Positions 1 to 13,045 of a DNA stretch of 64,000 nucleotides are shown one piece after another (within the stretch, counting starts at the first letter, position 1; the number at the start of each line of letters is the position of its first letter). The DNA lies in contig NC_086108.1 in the NCBI RefSeq assembly GCF_963921235.1, positions 105,402,001-105,466,000 on the forward strand, given 5' to 3'. The notes beneath the pieces were generated by a model. It searched no databases and was not told where the DNA came from. It saw only the letters and a list, made by a program, of their open reading frames with translations. This DNA comes from Mobula hypostoma (lineage: Eukaryota). A program made the translations under genes and the position numbers.

Positions 1-211
1 GTTCCACAGATTCACCTTCCTCTGGCATTGTTTCGCTGAACCTGAACCAACATACCTCATGACTAAAGAAATCATGAGAGAAGAAAGAACATTGACTACT
101 GTATCTGTATGATCTGAAATATGCACTAGAAAAAGTAACTGCCTACCAAAAGCAAAGGGCAACAATCAAGCTTAGAGGTGACAAAGCCATTAATGATGAC
201 ATCATCAATAA

Positions 212-296
212 TCCTAGTGAAGGGTCTCAATCCGAAACGTCGACTGTTTACTCTCATCCTTAAATGCCACCTGGCCTGCTGAGTTCCTCCAGCATT
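212..296 (+). mobile_element. Penelope-like element 3' end, left half (split by CR1 insertion); degenerate hammerhead motif
   Basis: cctagtgaagggtctcaatccgaaacgtcgactg...ctggcctgctgagttcctccagcatt matches the PLE 3' module repeated through the window; it resumes at about 3165-3215 (ttgtgtgtgttgcctcagatctccagcatctgcag). Confidence 0.8.
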
Positions 297-3164
297 GTAA
301 GAAAGATGGATGAGCTTAGAGCATGGATTGATACCTGGAAATATGATGTTGTAGCTATTAGTGAAACATGGTTGCAGGAGGGGTGTGATTGGCAACTAAA
401 TATTCCTGGATTTCGTTGCTTCAGGTTTGATAGAATAGGAGGGGCAAGAGGAGGAGGTGTTGCATTGCTTGTCAGAGAAAATATAACAGCAGTGCTGTGG
501 CAGGATAGATTAGTGGACTCATCTAGGGAGGCTATTTGGGCAGAATTGAGGAATGGGAAAAGAGTAGTGACACTTAAAGGGGTGTATTATAGACCACCTA
601 ATGGGAAGCGAGAATTGGAGGAACAAATTTGTAAGGAGATAGCAGATATTTGTAGTAAGCACAAGGTTGTGATTGTGGGAGATATTAATTTTCCACACAT
701 TGACTGGGAAGCCCATTCTGTAAAAGGGCTGGATGGTCTGGAGTTTGTAAAATGTGTGCAAGATAGTTTTTTGCAACAATACATAGAGGTACCAACTAGA
801 GAAGGGGCAGTGTTGGATTTCCTGTTAGGGAATGAGATAGGGCAGGCGACGGAGGTTTGTGTTGGGGAGCACTTCGAGTCCAGTGATCACAATACCATTA
901 GTTTCAATATAATTATGGAGAAGGATAGGATTGGACCCAGGGTTGAGATTTTTGATTGGAGAAAGGCTAACTTTGAGAGGATGCGAAAGAATTTAGAAGG
1001 AATGGATTGGGACAATTTGTTTTATGGGAAGGATGTAATAGAGAAATGGAGGTCATTTAAAGGTGAAATTTTAAGGGTACAGGATCTTTATGTTCCTGTT
1101 AGGTTGAAAGGAAAGGTTAAAAGTTTGAGAGAGCTATGGTTTCCAAGGGATATTGAAAATTTGGTTCGGAAAAAGAGAGGGATCTACAATAAATATAGGC
1201 AGCTTGGAATAAATGAGGTGCTTGAGGAATATAAAGAATGTAAAATGAATCTTAAGAAAGAAATTAGAAAAGCTGAAAGAAGATACAAGGCTGCTTTGAC
1301 AAGTAAGGTGAAAATAAATCCAAAGGGTTTCTACAGTTATATTAATAGCAAAAGGATAGTGAGGGATAAAACTGGTCCCTTAGAGAATCAGAGTGGACGG
1401 CTATGTGCGGATCCAAAAGAGATGGGGGAGATTTTGAACAATTTTTTTTCTTCGGTGTTCACTAAGGAGAAGGATATTGAATCGGGTAAGGTAAAGGAAA
1501 CAAGAAGGGTAGTTATAGAAAGTATGATGATTAAAGAAGAGGAAGTACTGGTGCTTTTAAGGAATATAAAAGTGGATAAGTCTCCGGGGCTGGACAGGAT
1601 ATTCCCGAGGACCTTGAGGGAAGTTAGTGTGGAAATAGCAGAGGCTCTGACAGAAATATTTCAAATGTCATTAGAAACTGGAATGGTGCCGGAGGATTGG
1701 CGTGTTGCTCATGTTGTTCCATTGTTTAAAAAGGGTTCTAAGAGTAAACCTAGTAATTATCGGCCTGTGAGTTTGACGTCAGTGGTGGGTAAATTGATGG
1801 AAAGTATTCTTAGAGATGGTATATGTAATTATCTGGATAGACAGGGTCTGATTAGGAACAGTCAACATGGATTTGTGCGTGGAAGGTCATGTCTGACAAA
1901 TCTTATTGAATTTTTTGATGAGGTTACTAGGAATGTTGACGAGGGTAAAGCGGTGGATGTTGTCGATATGGACTTCAGTAAGGCCTTTGACAAGGTTCCA
2001 CACGAAAGGTTAGTTAGGAAGGTTCAATCGTTAGGCATTAATATTGAAGTAGTAAAGTGGATTCAGCAGTGGCTGGATGGGAGACGCCAGAAAGTAATGG
2101 TGGATAACTGTGTGTCAGATTGGAGGACGGTGTCTAGTGGTGTGCCTCAGGGATTTGTACGGGGTCCAATGCTGTTTGTCATATATATTAATGATCTGGA
2201 TGATGGGGTGGTAAATTGGATTAGTAAGTATGCAGATGATACTAAGATAGGTGGAGTTGTGGATAATGAAGTAGGTTTTCAAAGCTTGCAGAGAGATTTA
2301 GACCACTTAGAAGAGTGGGCTGAAAGATGACAGATGGAGTTTAATGCTGATAAGTGTGAGGTGCTACATTTTGGTAGGTCTAATGAAAATAGGACATACA
2401 TAGTAAATGGTAGGGCATTGAAGAATGCAGTAGAACAGAGGGATCTGGGAATAATGGTGTATAGTTCCCTGAAGGTGGAATCTCATGTGGATAGGGTGGT
2501 GAAGAATTCTTTTGGAATGCTGGCCTTTATAAATCAGAGCATTAAGTATAGAAGTTGGGATGTAATGTTGAAATTGTATAAGGCATTGTTGAGGCCAAAT
2601 TTGGAGTATTGTGTACAGTTCTGGTCACCAAATTATAGGAAAGATGTCAATAAAATTGAGAGAGTACAGAGGAGATTTACTAAAATGTTGCCTGGTTTCA
2701 TCTCCTAAGTTACAGAGAAAGGTTGAACAAGTTGTGTCTTTATTCTTTGGAGCGTAGAAGGTTGAGGGGGGACTTGATAGAGGTATTTAAAGTTATGAGG
2801 GGGATAGATAGAGCTGACGTGGATAGGCTTTTTCCATTGAGAGTGGAGGAGATTCAAACAAGAGGACATGAGTTGACAGTTAAAGGGCAAAAGTTTAGGG
2901 GTAACATGAGGGGGAACTTCTTTACTCAGAGAGTGGTAGCTGTGTGGAACGAGCTTCCAGCAGAAGTGGTTGAGGCAGGTTTGATGTTGTCGTTTAAAGT
3001 TAAATTGGATAGATATATAGACAGGAAAGGAATGGAGGGTTATGGGCTGAGTGCAGGTTGGTGGGACTAGGTGAGATTAAGAGTTCGGCACGGACTAGAA
3101 GGGCCGAGATGGCCTGTTTCCGTGCTGTAATTGCCATATGGTTATATGGTCATATATGGTTATA
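291..3164 (+). mobile_element. CR1-clade LINE, near-complete ORF2 (APE endonuclease + RT), disrupted, with 3' UTR and TATGGTTA-type tail
   Basis: ORF 264-2330 has YDVVAISETW, GDINFP, SDHN, PGLD, YRPVSLTS, QHGF, DFSKAFDKV, GVPQG and KYADD. TGG>TGA at 2328-2330, then ORFs 2334-2708 and 2723-3070 (frameshift near 2700). Tail atatggttatatggtcatatatggttata. Confidence 0.95.
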
Positions 3165-3311
3165 TTGTGTGTGTTGCCTCAGATCTCCAGCATCTGCAGA
3201 TTTTCTCTTGTTTTTGAGTCTGAAATCTGCAGTCAGGTACCACCACAATCTGAGGATGCCATGTTATTGAAGGTGTACTGAATAGTCTGACTGACACTTC
3301 TCTCAAAGATG

Positions 3312-3998
3312 AAAATTCAATGTCAATTATATTATCCAAGTATAAATATATTACCAATTATTACCCTGAGATTAATTTTCTTGCAGGCATTCACAGTAAG
3401 ATCAAGAAATACAATAGAATCAATAGTCACTGTACACAAAGACAGACAAATTGTGCAAATGCCAAAACAAAGTAATAACAAATAAATACATAAATAAATA
3501 GATAGATATAACTGAAAATATGAGTTGTAGAGTTCTTGACAGTGAAGTCTAAGTTTGTGTTCAATAATCAATTTAGTGTTGGGGTGAGTGAAGTTGTCCA
3601 CTCTGGTTCAGGAGCCTGATGGTTGTAGGGCAATAACTGTTCCTGATCCTGGTGGTGTGGGACCTGAGGTTCCTGTACCTCCTTCGCAATGGTAGCAGTG
3701 AGAAGAGGGCATGGGGATCCTTGATGATGGATGCTGCTTTCTTGAGGCAGTTCCTTTTGTAGATGTGATCAATGGCGGAGAGGGTTTGGCTTGTGATGGA
3801 CTGGTCTGTATCCACCACTTTTATCAGATTAAGTAGCTTGCTTCATCAGCTTTTCCGTTTTTGGGTACTGGTGTTTCCATACAAGGGTGTGATGCTACCA
3901 TTCAGTATACTCTCAGCTGTGCATCTGTAGAAGTTTGTCAAAGTTTGAGGTAACATGCCAAATCTGCACAAACTTCTAAGAAAGTAGAGGCACGGCAT
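3312..3998 (-). mobile_element. Rex1/Babar-like LINE 3' fragment (RT C-terminus + 3' UTR), degenerate
   Basis: Minus ORFs LYFLRSLCRFGMLPQTLTNFYRCTAESIL and AASIIKDPHALFSLLPLRRRYR. Confidence 0.8.
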
Positions 3999-4331
3999 TG
4001 AAACGGCTTTGCTCTCAGTGTACGCTTCGCAACCCACCCAGAGGCAGAGCTCTCTAGTCACATAGCACTTGTTCTCAAATATCTCTCCAATCTGCTTCCT
4101 AATTTTACGAGGCTATGAAGTCTGCAGGGATGTGATCTATATAAGCAAGCTACATGATCTGATAAAATGGAAAATGATGGCTTGAACTGCTGCAGAAATC
4201 AATAATAATCTGTCATTAAAATATGACGAGCTGCATTTTAATTATGAGGCACTGTGACAATATTGGAAGACCAGAGATGACTGGTGACAGTACTAACATT
4301 GTCATCTAGGGACTCAGGCAATATAGTTGAA

Positions 4332-4366
4332 GATACAAGAGATTCTGCAGATGTTGGAAATCCGAG

Positions 4367-4403
<37 letters not shown>

Positions 4404-4972
4404 ACTGGAGGAGCTCAGCAGGCCAGTCAGCATCTATGAAGAGGAATAAAAAGTCAATGTTTCAGACCAAGACTCTTCAGGAATGGAATGCAGGGGACTG
4501 AAGAAATGGAAGATTATGATTGGTTTATTTGTCACATGTGCATCGAAGCATACGGTGAATGCATCTTTTATGTCAAATCACATCTAAGAGAATTGAAAGG
4601 AAAGAGGCAGAGCCACGATAAGAAGGTGGGGAACAGGAGACTGAGTACAAGCTGGCAGGTGATAGGTGAAGCCATTTGGGGGAGGGGAGGATGAAGTGAG
4701 AAGCTGGGAGATGACAGGTGGAAAAGCTAAAGAGCTGAAGAAAAAGGAATTTGATAGGAGAGAAGGATGGAGCTTGCAATAAAGAGAAAAAGGAGAGGCA
4801 CTAGAGGGAGGTGATAGGCAGCTGCAGAGAAGAGAATCTGGAAGAGGACAACCAAAATGAGGAATGGATAAAGAGAGAAGGGGGAGGGGGGAATTTACTG
4901 GAAGTCAGAGAAATCAATATTCATGTCATCAGGTTGGAGGCTACTCAGACGGAATATGAAATGTTACTCCTC
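4332..4972 (-). mobile_element. Penelope-like element 3' fragment (GIY-YIG C-terminus, pyrimidine-rich UTR, degenerate HHR, tail)
   Basis: Minus strand near 4895-4970 reads EE*HFIFRLSSLQPDDMNIDFSDFQ*; terminal module at 4332-4480 contains an expanded (CA)n. Confidence 0.8.
4368..4401. repeat. (CA)n microsatellite expanded within the PLE tail region
   Basis: Uninterrupted acacac run of about 16 units. Confidence 0.95.
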
Positions 4973-5297
4973 ATATATTTCAAAGATTTTTCTTCAGCTC
5001 CCAAATTTTTAATGCTAATTCTGCAAGTTACTGGATCAACCACTTTGACTGGAGCAATAAAAGATCGAAGATTAGCTTCACTTACCTCATGTACTGTGGT
5101 ACAGAGAAAACTTTGCAAGCCATCCGTATAGACCATTTCATCATTTCATTGCATTGAAGAAAAACAGTAAAAGAATGCAGAATAAAGTGTTACAGTTATA
5201 GAGGAAGTGTGGTGCAGGCAGACAACTAAGTGAAAAACCATGATACTTCTGGTCCACTGTCACTGTCCTGTTAGGATGGTGCCAGGTGTAGGTTCAT

Positions 5298-5665
5298 CTC
5301 TAACAAAGGAGGTGTAAGATGCTCCTTTCCTCTGCTAGCCTGCGGGTCACCCTTGGGCAAGGTGCAGCACCTGCTTAGCCCCCCGATCAGGGTCATGTGA
5401 GGCCATGGGAGTGGGTGGTGGACGGTCAGATGAGCAGCTGGTGCCTATCACAAGTCCTGGTTATGCAACCACTGACATCAGGCAAACAGTCTCTGAAGAG
5501 TATTGATAATGGCGGGGTCACCCATCTTGTAAAGACACAGCCCAGAAGAAGACAATGGGAAACCATTTCTGTAGAAAAAGTTCTCAAGGACAATCATGGT
5601 CATGGACAGACCATGATCGTCCATGTCATACGACACAGCACATAATGATGATGACAATGATGATG
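5298..5665 (+). mobile_element. RTE-related non-autonomous retroposon (SINE-like) with (TGA)n tail
   Basis: Homologous copy on the minus strand at about 54153-54500; contains RTE-like gggaaaccatttctgtagaaaaag segment and ends catacgacacagcacataatgatgatgac. Confidence 0.6.
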
Positions 5666-5895
5666 TAACTGTCAGTGAATGTAGCAGATATTAATTCAAG
5701 CAGAAACTAGTGTTCAGTTCTTATTGTAAATTGCAAGAGTAAGTTAAAGTTAAAAGCGCAGGCTGGCCCACACACTAAGAAACATGGTTTGCAAAATGGT
5801 GACCATGAGACATTAGCTTACAGTATGCATCAGTCAAACATTACAAAATGAGATTGTGTTAACTGGCCTGCAACAATCCAGGCTACTAAAGGTTT

Positions 5896-6255
5896 AGCAA
5901 CACACACAAAAAGCCGGAGGGACTCAGCAGACCAGGCAGCATCCATGGAAATGAATATACAGTCGATAGTTCAGGTCGAGATCCTTTCAGGCCGATGATG
6001 CCAGAATAAAAAGGCGAGGGAAGGAAAGAAGGACAAGCTAGAAGTGATAGGTGAAGCCAGGTGGGTGGGAGAGGTAAAGAGCTGGAGAGGAAGGAATCTG
6101 ATAGGAGAGGAGGATGGACCATAGGAGAAAGGGAAGGAGGAGGGAACCCAGGGAGAGGTGATTGGCAGGGCTAAGAAGAGGTCAGAGGTCAGAGTGGGGA
6201 CTAGGAGAAAAGAGGAGGGGGAGAGATTTGTTTATTGGAAGGAGAAATCGATGGG
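5896..6255 (-). mobile_element. Penelope-like element 3' fragment
   Basis: gcaacacacacaaaa...ggcagcatccatgg...cagtcga terminal module, purine-rich UTR, IDFSFQ* remnant. Confidence 0.75.
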
Positions 6256-6884
6256 TTTAACTAATTTAGACCATTGTAAAGAAGCTCAGGAAAGTTTTCA
6301 AATAGTTTGTTTGAACATTCAGTGGAGTCTTCCACTGTAGATATATAATTTAAAGGAACCATTGTCAACCCAAAGTATTGAAGTAAACAATGTCATTGTA
6401 ACTATTGAAATTCTTTTGCTACCTTTGATCTTAAGGATATAAAAATGTGATGTAGTTTTGAGTTTGTGAGACTACTGAGAATGTCTCCAGAATGATACCT
6501 GCTTATAGTGATGAATAAAGACTTCTACAACACTGGCTTCATTGTCTCTCCAGTGACCTTGATCACAGTCACAACGGTAACCATCACTAGAAGCCATCTA
6601 CTTCGAAGGAATGCCTCACAACTGTTGCTCTTGTTAAGGCTGTAGGAGGAAGCACAATAAATTATTGTTCCTTCAGGATTAGTAAGCAAATTCCCACTCA
6701 CAAATGAAAGATTAATATTCAAATGGTAAATTGAAGCATTGGCTTGATACTAATAAACTGATTTTAATGGTGTAAATTTGATGTAATTCACTGTACATTG
6801 ATTTATTGACAAAATATTTCATAATTTGTGTGTCCTTAAGCAAGCAGGAAACCTGTTAAATGAAGTTACCAATATATGACTTCC

Positions 6885-7630
6885 TGACTGTTTGTCCAAT
6901 GCAGAGCAGTTGCCACTCCCAACCATTATGCATCCAGACAGAAGGTTTTCTATGGTACATTGATAAAAGTTGGTAAGAGTTGATGGAGATGTGTCAAATT
7001 TCTTCAGCTTTCTGAGGAAGTAGGGGCATGGTGAGCTTTCTTGGCCATAAAATCAACGTGGTTGATCTACGCTGCTGGGACCCTGAAGATCTCAAACCTC
7101 TCAAACTCAGCACCACTGATATAGGCAGGAGTGCATGCATTGCTCCAGTGTCTAAGGTCAATTGCCAGCTCTTTTGTTGACTTTAAGGGAAAGGTTGTTG
7201 TCATGACTACATGGCACAAGGCTCTCTATGTCCTTCCTGTACTCTGACTCATCATTACTTGAGATACAGCTGGCAGTGGTATCTGCAACTTGCTGATGGA
7301 ATTAGGGCAGTCATGAGGGTACAGGGAGTAGAGTAGGAGACTCAGGACACAAACTCCCCAAGAATAACTGTAGCAGAGATGTCACTGTCCATCCTTACTG
7401 ACTGTGGTATGTTGGTCAGGAAGTCAAGGATCCAGTTGCCAAGGGAGGCGTTGACTCCCAGCGTCCAGAGTTGGGTGGCGAGGTTGCTTGGAATTAGAAT
7501 ATTGAAAGCAGAGCTGCAGTCAATAAACAATAGTCTGACGTATTTGCTTTTACTGTTCAGATGCTGTCCTGTACCTCCACCCTGATGGTAGTAATGAGCA
7601 GAAGGATGGTGATGGTCCTTAATGATGGAT
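6885..7630 (-). mobile_element. Rex1/Babar-like LINE RT fragment, degenerate
   Basis: YVRLLFIDCSSAFNILIP...LGNWILDFLTNIPQSVRM in ORF 7342-7635. Confidence 0.8.
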
Positions 7631-8032
7631 GCCACCTCCTCTCTTCCTAGACAACAGACCTAATCAGTTCCCCTTCATTACCACCCTCCTCTGTTTGGCA
7701 AAATTGATTCTCACACTTAGAAATTTTTACTTCAGCTCCCCTTACTTTATGAAAACCGGAAGTGTAGCCATGAGCACCAACATGGGCCCTGGCTATTCCT
7801 GCCTCTACGTTGACTAAATAGAAGTCCATGTTCCAAGTCTTCACCAGTAACACTCCCCCACTCTTTCTGTGTTACATTGATGTTGCTTCCCCTTCATTTG
7901 ATTGGCCCATTTTCGACACCTCTCTCCCCTTTCTCAATCTCTCTGTCTCAGCGATGTATACTGCATACATACTTTGATAATAAATGTACTTTGAATCTTG
8001 AATCCATCACTGGAGACAGATTATCTACTGAC
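7631..8032 (+). mobile_element. Penelope-like RT fragment, degenerate
   Basis: LFLDNRPNQFPFITTLLCLAKLILTLRNF...VAMSTNMGPGYSCLYV resembles the PLE RT GVAMG..MGP.YA motif; followed by a YID remnant and SITGDRLSTD. Confidence 0.75.
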
Positions 8033-8374
8033 AAAAGAATGCAGACAGAATTGGCCATCTCTGTGGCGATCACACATTACAATTAAGGGTTAAATCAGTG
8101 TCAGGTGCAAAGTACAGAAGTCCCATTAGACAATGGCAGCTTGTAGTAATTCTTAACATTCTTACAGGGGTTTCACATAACTTCTTGTGTTCTACTACTT
8201 GAAATGTTTAAGAGGAATCTTGCCTGTTCTCCTGAAATCCTCTGTTCATATCCTTTTACAAATCTGATTAATCTGTTTCATTTTCATTGACTTAGGCCCA
8301 GCTGACTGACCTGTGTCAGCTTCCATTTTGATCTGGCCCAAAGCTACAAACAGTATATTGTTACCTAAATGTAT

Positions 8375-11300
8375 ACTGGAGCTTGGTGGAAAGCTGAAAA
8401 GCAGGACCTCCAGGTTAGTAATCTCTGGATTGCTGCCTGTACCATGTACCAGTGAAGATAAGAATAGGATGATTTGGTAGTTGAATGCATGGCTGAGGAA
8501 CTGGTGCAGGGGACAGGGCTTCAGATTTCTGGATCATTGGGATCTCTTCTGGGGAAGGTATGACCTATACAAAAGGATGGGTTACACCTGAATCCAAGGG
8601 GGACCAATATCCTTGCAGGCAGGTTTTCTAGAGCTTTTGGGTGAGTTTAAACTAACATAGCAGGAGAATACAATTACAAGCAGATGCAGTGTGTAGTGAG
8701 ACTGCCAGGAAGGCCAGGCAGATAATAGGGCAAAATTGCAGTCAGCGGATAGTGGCTGAAAGAAGATTATAGCTGGAAAGCTTAACATCCAAGGATACAC
8801 ATTGTATCGAAAGGACAGGCAGGTGGACAAATGGGTTGGCATTGTTCTGTTGGTAAAAAAAAATCAAATCCTGAGAAAGAGGTGACACCAGATCGGAAAA
8901 TGTTGAATCTTTGAGAGCAAGTGTTGAGTTAACAGCAAGTGTAAAAAGACCCTGATGGGACTTATATACAGGTCTCCATACAGAAGCCAAGATGTGTGTT
9001 ACAAATAACAATATGAGACGGAAAAGGCATGTCAAAGAACAATGTTACGATAGCCAGATGGGATTTCAATGTGCAGGTAGATTGGAAAAATCAGGTTGGT
9101 GCTGGATCCCAAGAGAGAGCAGCTTGTGGTTGAGCCCATTCTGGACTGGGTGTTGTGCAATGAACCAGAGCTGATTAGAGAGCTTAATATGATAAAATTC
9201 AACCTGCAATTAGAGAAGGATAAGCTAAAGTCCGATGCATCAGCATTACAGTGGGGTAAAAGGAATTACAGAAGCATGAGAGAGGAGTTGGCCAGAGCTG
9301 ATTGGAAAAGAACGTGGACAGAGATGACAGCAGAATAGCACTGGCTGGAATTTCTGGAAGCAATTCGGAAGGCACGGGATATATACATTCCAAAGAAGTA
9401 TCCTAAAGGCGAGATGATACAACCATGGTTAACAAGAGAAGTCAAAGTCAACATAAAGGCCAAAGAAAGGGCATATAATAGAACAAAAATTAGTGGAAGA
9501 TAAGAGGGTTGGGAATACTTTAAAAAACAACAGAAGGCAACTAAAAAAGTCACTAAGAAGGAAAAGATGGAATACGAAAGTAAGCTATCCAATAATTTTA
9601 AAGAGGATACCAAAACAGAGGGCATATAATAGACCAACAATTAGAGGGAAGTTAGAGGATTGGAAAACTTTTAAAAACCAAGAGAAAGCAACTAAAAAGG
9701 CATAAGGAGGGAAAATATAGAGAACATGATAGCCAACAATATAAAAAATATACCAATTTTTTTCCAGATATATAAAGAATAAGAGAAGTAAGAGAGAGTT
9801 GAGAGTAGATATCGGACCATGGAAAATGATGCTGGACAGGTAGTAATGGGGACAAGGTAAACACAGACACACTGAATAAGTAGTTTACATCAGTCTTCAC
9901 TCTAAAGGACACTAGTAGTATACTGGAAGTTTGAGCGAATCAAGGGGCAGAAGTGAGTGCAGTGTTATTACAAGGAAGAAGGTTCTTGGGAAACTAAAAA
10001 GTCTGAAGGTAGATATGCCACCTGAACCAGATGGACCACACCCCTGTGTTCTAAATGAGGTAGCTGAAGAGACTATGAAGGCATTAGTGATGATAATTCA
10101 AGAATAATTGATTCTGAGATGGTTCCAGAGAGCAGGAAAATTATAAACATCACTCCACTTTTCAAGAAGAGAGGGAGGCAGAAGAAATGAAATTATAGGC
10201 CAGTTAGTCTGACCTCAGTATTTGGGAAGATGTTGGAGTCGATTGTTAAGGATGTGGTTTCAGGATACTTGGAGGCACGTGATAAAGTTAGCCAAGGTCA
10301 GCATGGTTTCCTTAAGGAAACCTATACCTTGACAATTTGTTGGAATTATTTCAAGAAATAACAAGCAGGATAGACAAAGGGAAATTGGTGGATGCTGTGT
10401 ACTTGGATTTTAAGAATGCCTTTAACAAGGTGTTGCACATGAAGGTGCTTAATAAGATCAGAGCCCATGGTAATACAGGAAAGATATGAGCATGGATAAG
10501 GCATTGACTGATGGGAATAAAGGGAACCTTTTCTGCTTGGCTGCCGGTGACTAATGGTGTTCCTCAGAGGACTGTGTTGGATCTGATTCCTTTTATGTTG
10601 TACGTCAATGATTTGGATGACGGAATTGATGGCATTGTGGCAAGTTTGTGGACAACACGAAGATAGGTGGAGGAGCAGGTAGTGTTGAGGAAGCAGGGAG
10701 GCTGCAGAAGGACTTAGACAGATTAGGAGAATAGGCAAAGAAATAGCAAAGGGAATACAGTTTTGGGAAGTGTATGGTCATGCACTTTGGTAGGAGGAAT
10801 AAAAACATTGACTGTTTTCTAAATGGGAGGAAAATTCAAAAATCAAAGGTGTAAAGGGACTTGGGAATCCTCGTAAAGGATTCACTGCAGGTTGAGACAG
10901 TGGTGAGGAAAGCAATTGGAATGTTAGCATTCATTTCAAGAGGACTAGAATATAAAAGCAAGGATGTAATGCTGAGGCTTTATAAGGCACTGGTGAGGCC
11001 TCACTTTTAGTACTGTGAGCCGTTTTGGGTCCGTTATATAGGAAAAGATATGCTAACATTAGAGAGGGTTCAGAGGAGCTTCACAAGAATAACTCAGGAA
11101 TGAAAGGCTTATCGTATGAGGAGCATTTGATTGCTCTGGGTCTGAACTCACTGGAATGAGGGGGATCTCATATCAAATGTTGAAAGGCCTAGATAGAGTG
11201 AATGTAGAGAGGATGTTTCCTATGGAGAGAGAGTGTAGGACCAGGAGGCAGAACCACACAATAGAGGGACATCCATTTAGAGTGGTGATGACAAAGAATT

Positions 11301-11499
11301 TCTTTATCTTAAGGGTGGTGAATCTGTGGAATCTGTGGAGGTTGATCGGGTCTTGTCTAGTCAGGGTGAGAAACATTATGGGAAGAAGGCAGGAGAATGG
11401 GGTTAAAAGGAAAATAGTTCAGCTAAAATGAAATGGTGGAGCAGCCTTGATAAGCCAAGTGGCTTAATTCTGACCCTATTGTCTTATGGTTCTATGGTA
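8375..11499 (+). mobile_element. CR1-clade LINE, old and degenerate: ORF1 esterase C-terminus + ORF2 with deletions and an internal duplication
   Basis: WLRNWCRGQGFRFLDHW-like segment near 8490-8560; EN/RT motifs in broken frames; tail tcttatggttctatggt. Confidence 0.85.
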
Positions 11500-11989
11500 T
11501 ACTTGTGCCTCAGATCAGTTCAAACTAGTTTAACTAGATCAGCCAAACATTGTCTCAAGCTACTTCAGATCACAGGCTGTTCTTTCTATAATCCTGCCAT
11601 TTTTACATAACTAAATAAACAGCTTCTTATTTGGAAATGATCTCAGGTTTATTAGATCATCAGTGGAAAACTCACTGTGTCCAAATTCAATTGGTCTGAT
11701 TCAGCCATTGCTGAACAAGAACGAGTTCACTGAACAGTCCACATAATGGTGGCTGCAAGAACAGTCATGCAAAATGGCAGCCTCCATTCCTTTGAACACA
11801 TGGCAGGAACAAAAGCATTTTCCATTGCCCTTGGCTCACTCCTGTTAACAGGTTCACATATTTTAATTATTTCTGGCCAACAACATAATCCATATTCTGT
11901 ACCTCCATTATCTACATATTTGCATATCTATCTAAAGGCTGTTAAAAGTCGCTGCCGTACCTACTTTGAGCACTGTCCCACTATTGACT

Positions 11990-13045
11990 ACTATGAAAAT
12001 CTGACTGAGTGTTGCCACAAGAGCAACCTTTCGCTCAGTGCTAGTGAGACCAAGGAGATGATTATTAACATCAGGAAGAGGAAACCAGAGGTTCATTGGC
12101 TAGTCCTCATGGGGGTAACAGAGGTGGAGAGTGTTAGCAACTTTAAATTCCTTGGTGTTAAGCACTTCAACGGATCTGTCCTGGGTCTAACACATAAATG
12201 CCATTACGAAGAAAGGCTGGTAGTGCCCTTACTTCCTTTGAAGCTTGCAAGGATTTGGTATGACATGTTAAAACTTTGACAAACTTCTATAGAAGTGTGA
12301 TGGAGAATATATTGACTCGATAGCATTACAGCCTGGTATGGAAACACCAATGCCCTTGAACAGAAAGTCATACGAAAAGTAGTAGATACAACCTAGTCCA
12401 TCACGGATAAAGCCTTCCCCAGCATTGAGCACATCTACATGAAGCGCAGTCACAGGAAAGCAGCATCCATCATCAAGGACAACCCGCCATCCACACCATG
12501 CTCTGCACTCACTGCTGCCATTTGGAAGAAGGTACAGGAGTCTCAGGACTCACCCTACCAGGTTCAGGAACAATTGCTACCCTTCAACAAATAGGAAGGG
12601 TTTAGAGGGTTATGGACAGAGTACCAGTCGATGGGACAATGTAGATTAATAGTTCTACATGGACTAGATGGGCTGAAGGGCCTGTTTCTGTGTGGTATTG
12701 TTCTATGACTATGACTCAACCATCAGGCTCTTGAAGCAGAGGAAATAACTTCACTCAGTGTACTGTTCTCACAAACCATGGACTCACTTTCAAGGACTCT
12801 TCATCTCATGTTTTTGATATTTGTTGCTTATTTATCTATTATTATTATTTTTATTTCTTTTGCACTTACGCCGTCTGTTGTCTCTTGCACACTGGTTGTT
12901 TGCCTGCCCTGTTGTGTGAGGTCTTTCATTTATTCCATAGTGTTTCTTGGATTTACTGTGTATGTCTGCATGAAAATGAATCTCACGGTTGTGTACTGTG
13001 AAATACATGTACTTTGATAATAAATTTACTTAGAACTTTGAACCT
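11990..13045 (+). mobile_element. Rex1/Babar-like LINE 3' fragment with a short CR1 3' end (about 12590-12714) inserted
   Basis: ETKEMIINIRK...VESVSNFKFLGV; 3' end aataaatttacttagaactttgaac. Confidence 0.8.

Noticed and set aside
264..2330. Domesticated host RT gene
   Set aside because: Typical CR1 copy with a premature stop, a downstream frameshift and many paralogues in the window
6554..6576. Possible 23-nt micro-exon (tctctccag...gtaacc)
   Set aside because: Splice-like motifs of this quality arise by chance; nothing corroborates it
9466..9750. About 150-bp direct repeat
   Set aside because: Ordinary internal duplication within a decayed CR1; not LTRs
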